Source: an uncultured Gammaproteobacteria bacterium (lineage in GTDB: Bacteria > Pseudomonadota > Gammaproteobacteria > DSM-16500). Taken from it: a stretch of DNA of 64,000 nucleotides. The position numbers and the translations under genes are program-made. The notes under the pieces are model-generated. The model was not told the origin of the DNA. It worked only from the letters and a program-made list of their open reading frames with translations, and did not search any database. Positions 61,871-64,000 of this stretch are shown here, piece after piece (positions within the stretch are counted from its first letter, which is position 1; each line of letters opens with the position of its first letter). The DNA is taken from contig CAVRCT010000001.1 in NCBI GenBank assembly GCA_963719645.1, positions 509,644-573,643 on the forward strand. Direction: 5' to 3'.

Positions 61871-62671
61871 GTGGCGCGCTCTAACATCATGGAGAAATTC
61901 AAAAAAATGAAAAAGCGTATAACACGTTATAATCAGCAAGAAGATGAAGCGTTGTTGCCGTATATTCGTGAAATTGCGGATCAGCGTGGAAGTTATGGTT
62001 ATCGTCGTATCACGACATTACTAAACCATAAGTTGCAAAAGGAAGGGAAAAACAAGGTAAATCATATACGTATTTATCGCATCATGAAATTAAACAGGTT
62101 ACTTTTGCCAGCATATGGGGAAAAGTCAACTCGTTCACATGACGGTAAGATTATCACGCTTCGAAGCAACACACGCTGGTGCTCAGATGCATTTACGATC
62201 CAATGTCAGAATGGTGACAGAGTCTTTGTTGCCTTCGCGTTAGATACCTGTGATCATGAGATACTTGGCTACATTGCAACTACCGTTGGAATTGATGGCG
62301 CATCGATTCGCGACTTAATGGTTGAGTGTGTTGAAAAGCGATTTGGCAAAATTACAAAGCTGCCTCAAGCCATTCAATGGTTGACAGATAACGGACCCTG
62401 CTACGTATCTCATAAAACGGTGGCATTTGCACGAGGGCTAGGTTTTGATGTGTGCACCACACCTTCATATAGTCCTGAGAGTAATGGTATGGCAGAGGCA
62501 TTTGTAAAGACCTTTAAACGAGATTATGCGTCATTGGATAAGCTTGAAAATATGCATGATGTGATGAGCAAACTTGCAAGCTGGTTTGAGGACTATAATG
62601 AAAACGCACCCCATCAAGGATTGAAAATGATGTCACCACGTCAATTTTTACGGGTTGCAAACGGGAAATAG
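61871..62671 (+). CDS. IS3-family OrfB (DDE integrase domain), expressed as OrfAB via -1 frameshift
   Basis: 266 aa. RWCSDAF...AFALDTCDHE...WLTDNGPCY...PESNGMAEAF (DDE). The -1 frame from the A8 run (61795-61802) reads KKTHIATTIAGLGRHGLRAIARALKVARSNIMEKF into this ORF. Confidence 0.92.
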   Translation: MARSNIMEKFKKMKKRITRYNQQEDEALLPYIREIADQRGSYGYRRITTLLNHKLQKEGKNKVNHIRIYRIMKLNRLLLPAYGEKSTRSHDGKIITLRSNTRWCSDAFTIQCQNGDRVFVAFALDTCDHEILGYIATTVGIDGASIRDLMVECVEKRFGKITKLPQAIQWLTDNGPCYVSHKTVAFARGLGFDVCTTPSYSPESNGMAEAFVKTFKRDYASLDKLENMHDVMSKLASWFEDYNENAPHQGLKMMSPRQFLRVANGK

Positions 62672-62700
62672 GTGGTCCGGTTTAGCGGGGGGCAAGTCCA

Positions 62701-63142
62701 TGATTAATAAAATTGAATAGAGTGAAAAAGACGATTCAAAAATTGATGCAATACTTGCCAGTAGTAATGGTATCCACATGATAATATCGACAAATAGTAG
62801 CAAGCTAACATCAATTAATTTTTTTTGACTACTTGATAATGGCAATGTAACTAAATATTTTTGCCATGGCTGCTTAAATAGGATTATATATAGCATAGAT
62901 ATCCAAATTACGGCAAAAACTTGATAGAAAAACAATGAACCGCACAAGGCCATCACATTTGTGACAGGATATAAAAAAAGAGATTTTAAAGGAAGAGTAA
63001 ACAAATTAATTAAACTAGCTAATGTTGGGCATATCAATAAAATACAAAATAATGTTAGTATTTTGTAGCGAAATAATATATCTCGCATTGCTCTACCATA
63101 CCATTGCAGATTAAATTTCAGCATAGTAATTACAACATTCAT
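62701..63142 (-). pseudogene. Polytopic membrane (ABC-permease-like) protein, N-terminal part
   Basis: The track ORF 62648..63142 has its last 16 residues (DLPPAKPDHLFPVCNP) encoded by the IS end. The native part is MNVVITMLKFNLQWYG...SFSLYSILLI. Confidence 0.75.
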
Positions 63143-63719
63143 AACTTGGTATCCTTAAACCAGAAACGATAAAATAAACATGAATCATCTCGAGTAAATG
63201 CTGTTCTGCCATGAAGAATATTACTATTATCAAATAGGAATATCTGTCCGGGTTTTAATTTGATTCTCAGCTAATTATATCGAGAATGTGCATACTTTGT
63301 AATATAATCAAATAATTTAAACACCTCTTCACTACACCACATTTTATGTAAGGTAGCTGAATAGCTAATATCCAACTCAACAGAAAAGAAATCATTAATA
63401 AAAAATTTCATGCCATTACTTGGTAATCAATGAAATGCACCAGATACTCTGAAATTTCCATACAATCTACCTCATGAATCCGGTTATAAATAAACTCTTC
63501 TTCACTCTTAAATTCACCATGAAAACATTCCATTATCAACCGACACCCATCATCGATGTCACCACCAACATGAGAAAGTACTGCTGCATACAATTCAACC
63601 AACACTTTGATTAGCGCTGATCCAATTGAATGAGCAGCCATACCGACCGCTCGTTCCACAGCGCACTCACAAGATTCGGCTCGTTTTGAAATTATCTGTG
63701 AAATACGAACATGAAAGTT
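63139..63719 (-). pseudogene. TauD/gamma-butyrobetaine-hydroxylase-type Fe(II)/2-oxoglutarate dioxygenase, decayed (frameshift + in-frame stop, 5' end lost)
   Basis: Own translation. 63139-63270 gives LRIKLKPGQIFLFDNSNILHGRTAFTRDDSCLFYRFWFKDTKL* (the PG....FDN...LHGR.AF motif of the TauD superfamily). It is preceded in frame by TAG (63271-63273) and MKFFINDFFSVELDISYSATLHKMWCSEEVFKLFDYITKYAHSRYN. The segment further upstream (track ORF 63408..63659) is in another frame. The stop overlaps the permease ATG (ATGA). Confidence 0.5.
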
Positions 63720-63764
63720 TTTTTAGGCAGAATCAATTTATATTTAATTTTGTATGGTTTTTTA

Positions 63765-64000
63765 GTAAGCGTTTAGCCAACCCCATCTTCTCAACCCCCT
63801 AAAATTACTCCATCCTATTTCCTTCAATAATCAAGGAGCAAATAAATGGATAAAGTCGAGCAACGAGAAAAGTGGAAAATCTTAATCGAAGAGCAAGAAC
63901 AAAGTGGCCTGTCCCAAATTAATTTTTGCAAACAAAAAAATTTATCCTCAGCACAATTTGGATATTATCGCGGTATTTTAAAGCCAAAACCTTTGAAAGA
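63765..64000 (+). mobile_element. IS66-family member 2, second copy (partial; continues beyond window end), inverted relative to 42849-45199
   Basis: GTAAGCGTTTAGCCAACCCCATCTTCTCAACCCCCTAAAATTACTCCATCC... equals the reverse complement of 45150-45199. The distance from terminus to tnpA ATG is the same (81 bp). Confidence 0.9.
63846..64000 (+). CDS. tnpA: IS66 TnpA-like, partial (edge-truncated)
   Basis: MDKVEQREKWKILIEEQEQSGLSQINFCKQKNLSSAQFGYYRGILKPKPLK..., identical to the start of 44804..45118. Confidence 0.88.
   Translation, partial: MDKVEQREKWKILIEEQEQSGLSQINFCKQKNLSSAQFGYYRGILKPKPLK

Larger units (their letters stand above)
61385..62700 (+). mobile_element. IS3-family (IS2-group-like) insertion sequence with 5-bp target-site duplication
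   Basis: Ends TGTAACGCTCCCCGCTTAAACCAGTCCACC (61385-) and ...GGTGGTCCGGTTTAGCGGGGGGCAAGTCCA (to 62700). Flanked by TGATT at 61380-61384 and 62701-62705. orfA/orfB with A8 slippery run at 61795-61802. Confidence 0.88.

Overview
Visibly AT-rich, highly mosaic accessory region. From gene content alone it looks like a Legionellales-type (Legionella/Coxiella/Berkiella-like) intracellular gammaproteobacterium; this is inference.

(1) 1-6640, minus strand: a compact RiPP cluster, i.e. a predicted graspetide system with dedicated export. It holds a LuxR-type HTH, an unannotated 53-aa Thr/Asp-rich precursor ORF, a microviridin-type ATP-grasp ligase, an HlyD-like adaptor, a C39-peptidase ABC exporter and an overlapping second ABC exporter.

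(2) 7.3-34 kb: large orphan, eukaryote-like or effector-like genes.
- A 1380-aa protein with an internal duplication and a bilobed hydrophobic domain.
- Two poly-Ser/NLS-like proteins, one split at an A9 tract.
- A U-box+ankyrin protein and an HExxH protein.
- An intact hipBA module.
Almost every intergenic gap holds nested palindromic repeat composites of several families. Several families share a TGTC(G/A)T(C/G)CC stem-base motif.

(3) 28-46 kb:
- Two different IS66 members, an IS110/IS1111-like element sitting inside one of the palindromes, an ISL3 scrap and an IS30.
- A Fic protein with a convergent SxxxEG antitoxin-like ORF.
- A 45-nt tRNA-Lys 3' fragment (att remnant).
- A DUF1016 nuclease / HEPN-like / SIR2-like islet.

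(4) 46-59 kb: a decayed conjugative-element-like segment.
- An RT fragment and an F-box-like protein.
- virB2-virB3-truncated virB4.
- Ankyrin and coiled-coil orphan paralogues.
- Phage-like regulatory/replication genes, a CsrA paralogue and an istA-less IS21 derivative.

(5) 59.9-63.7 kb: an ABC ATPase, a permease split by an IS2-group IS3 element with a perfect 5-bp target duplication, and a decayed TauD-type oxygenase. The window ends in another copy of the 42.8-45.2 kb IS66, in inverted orientation.

No rRNA, intact tRNA or CRISPR array was seen.
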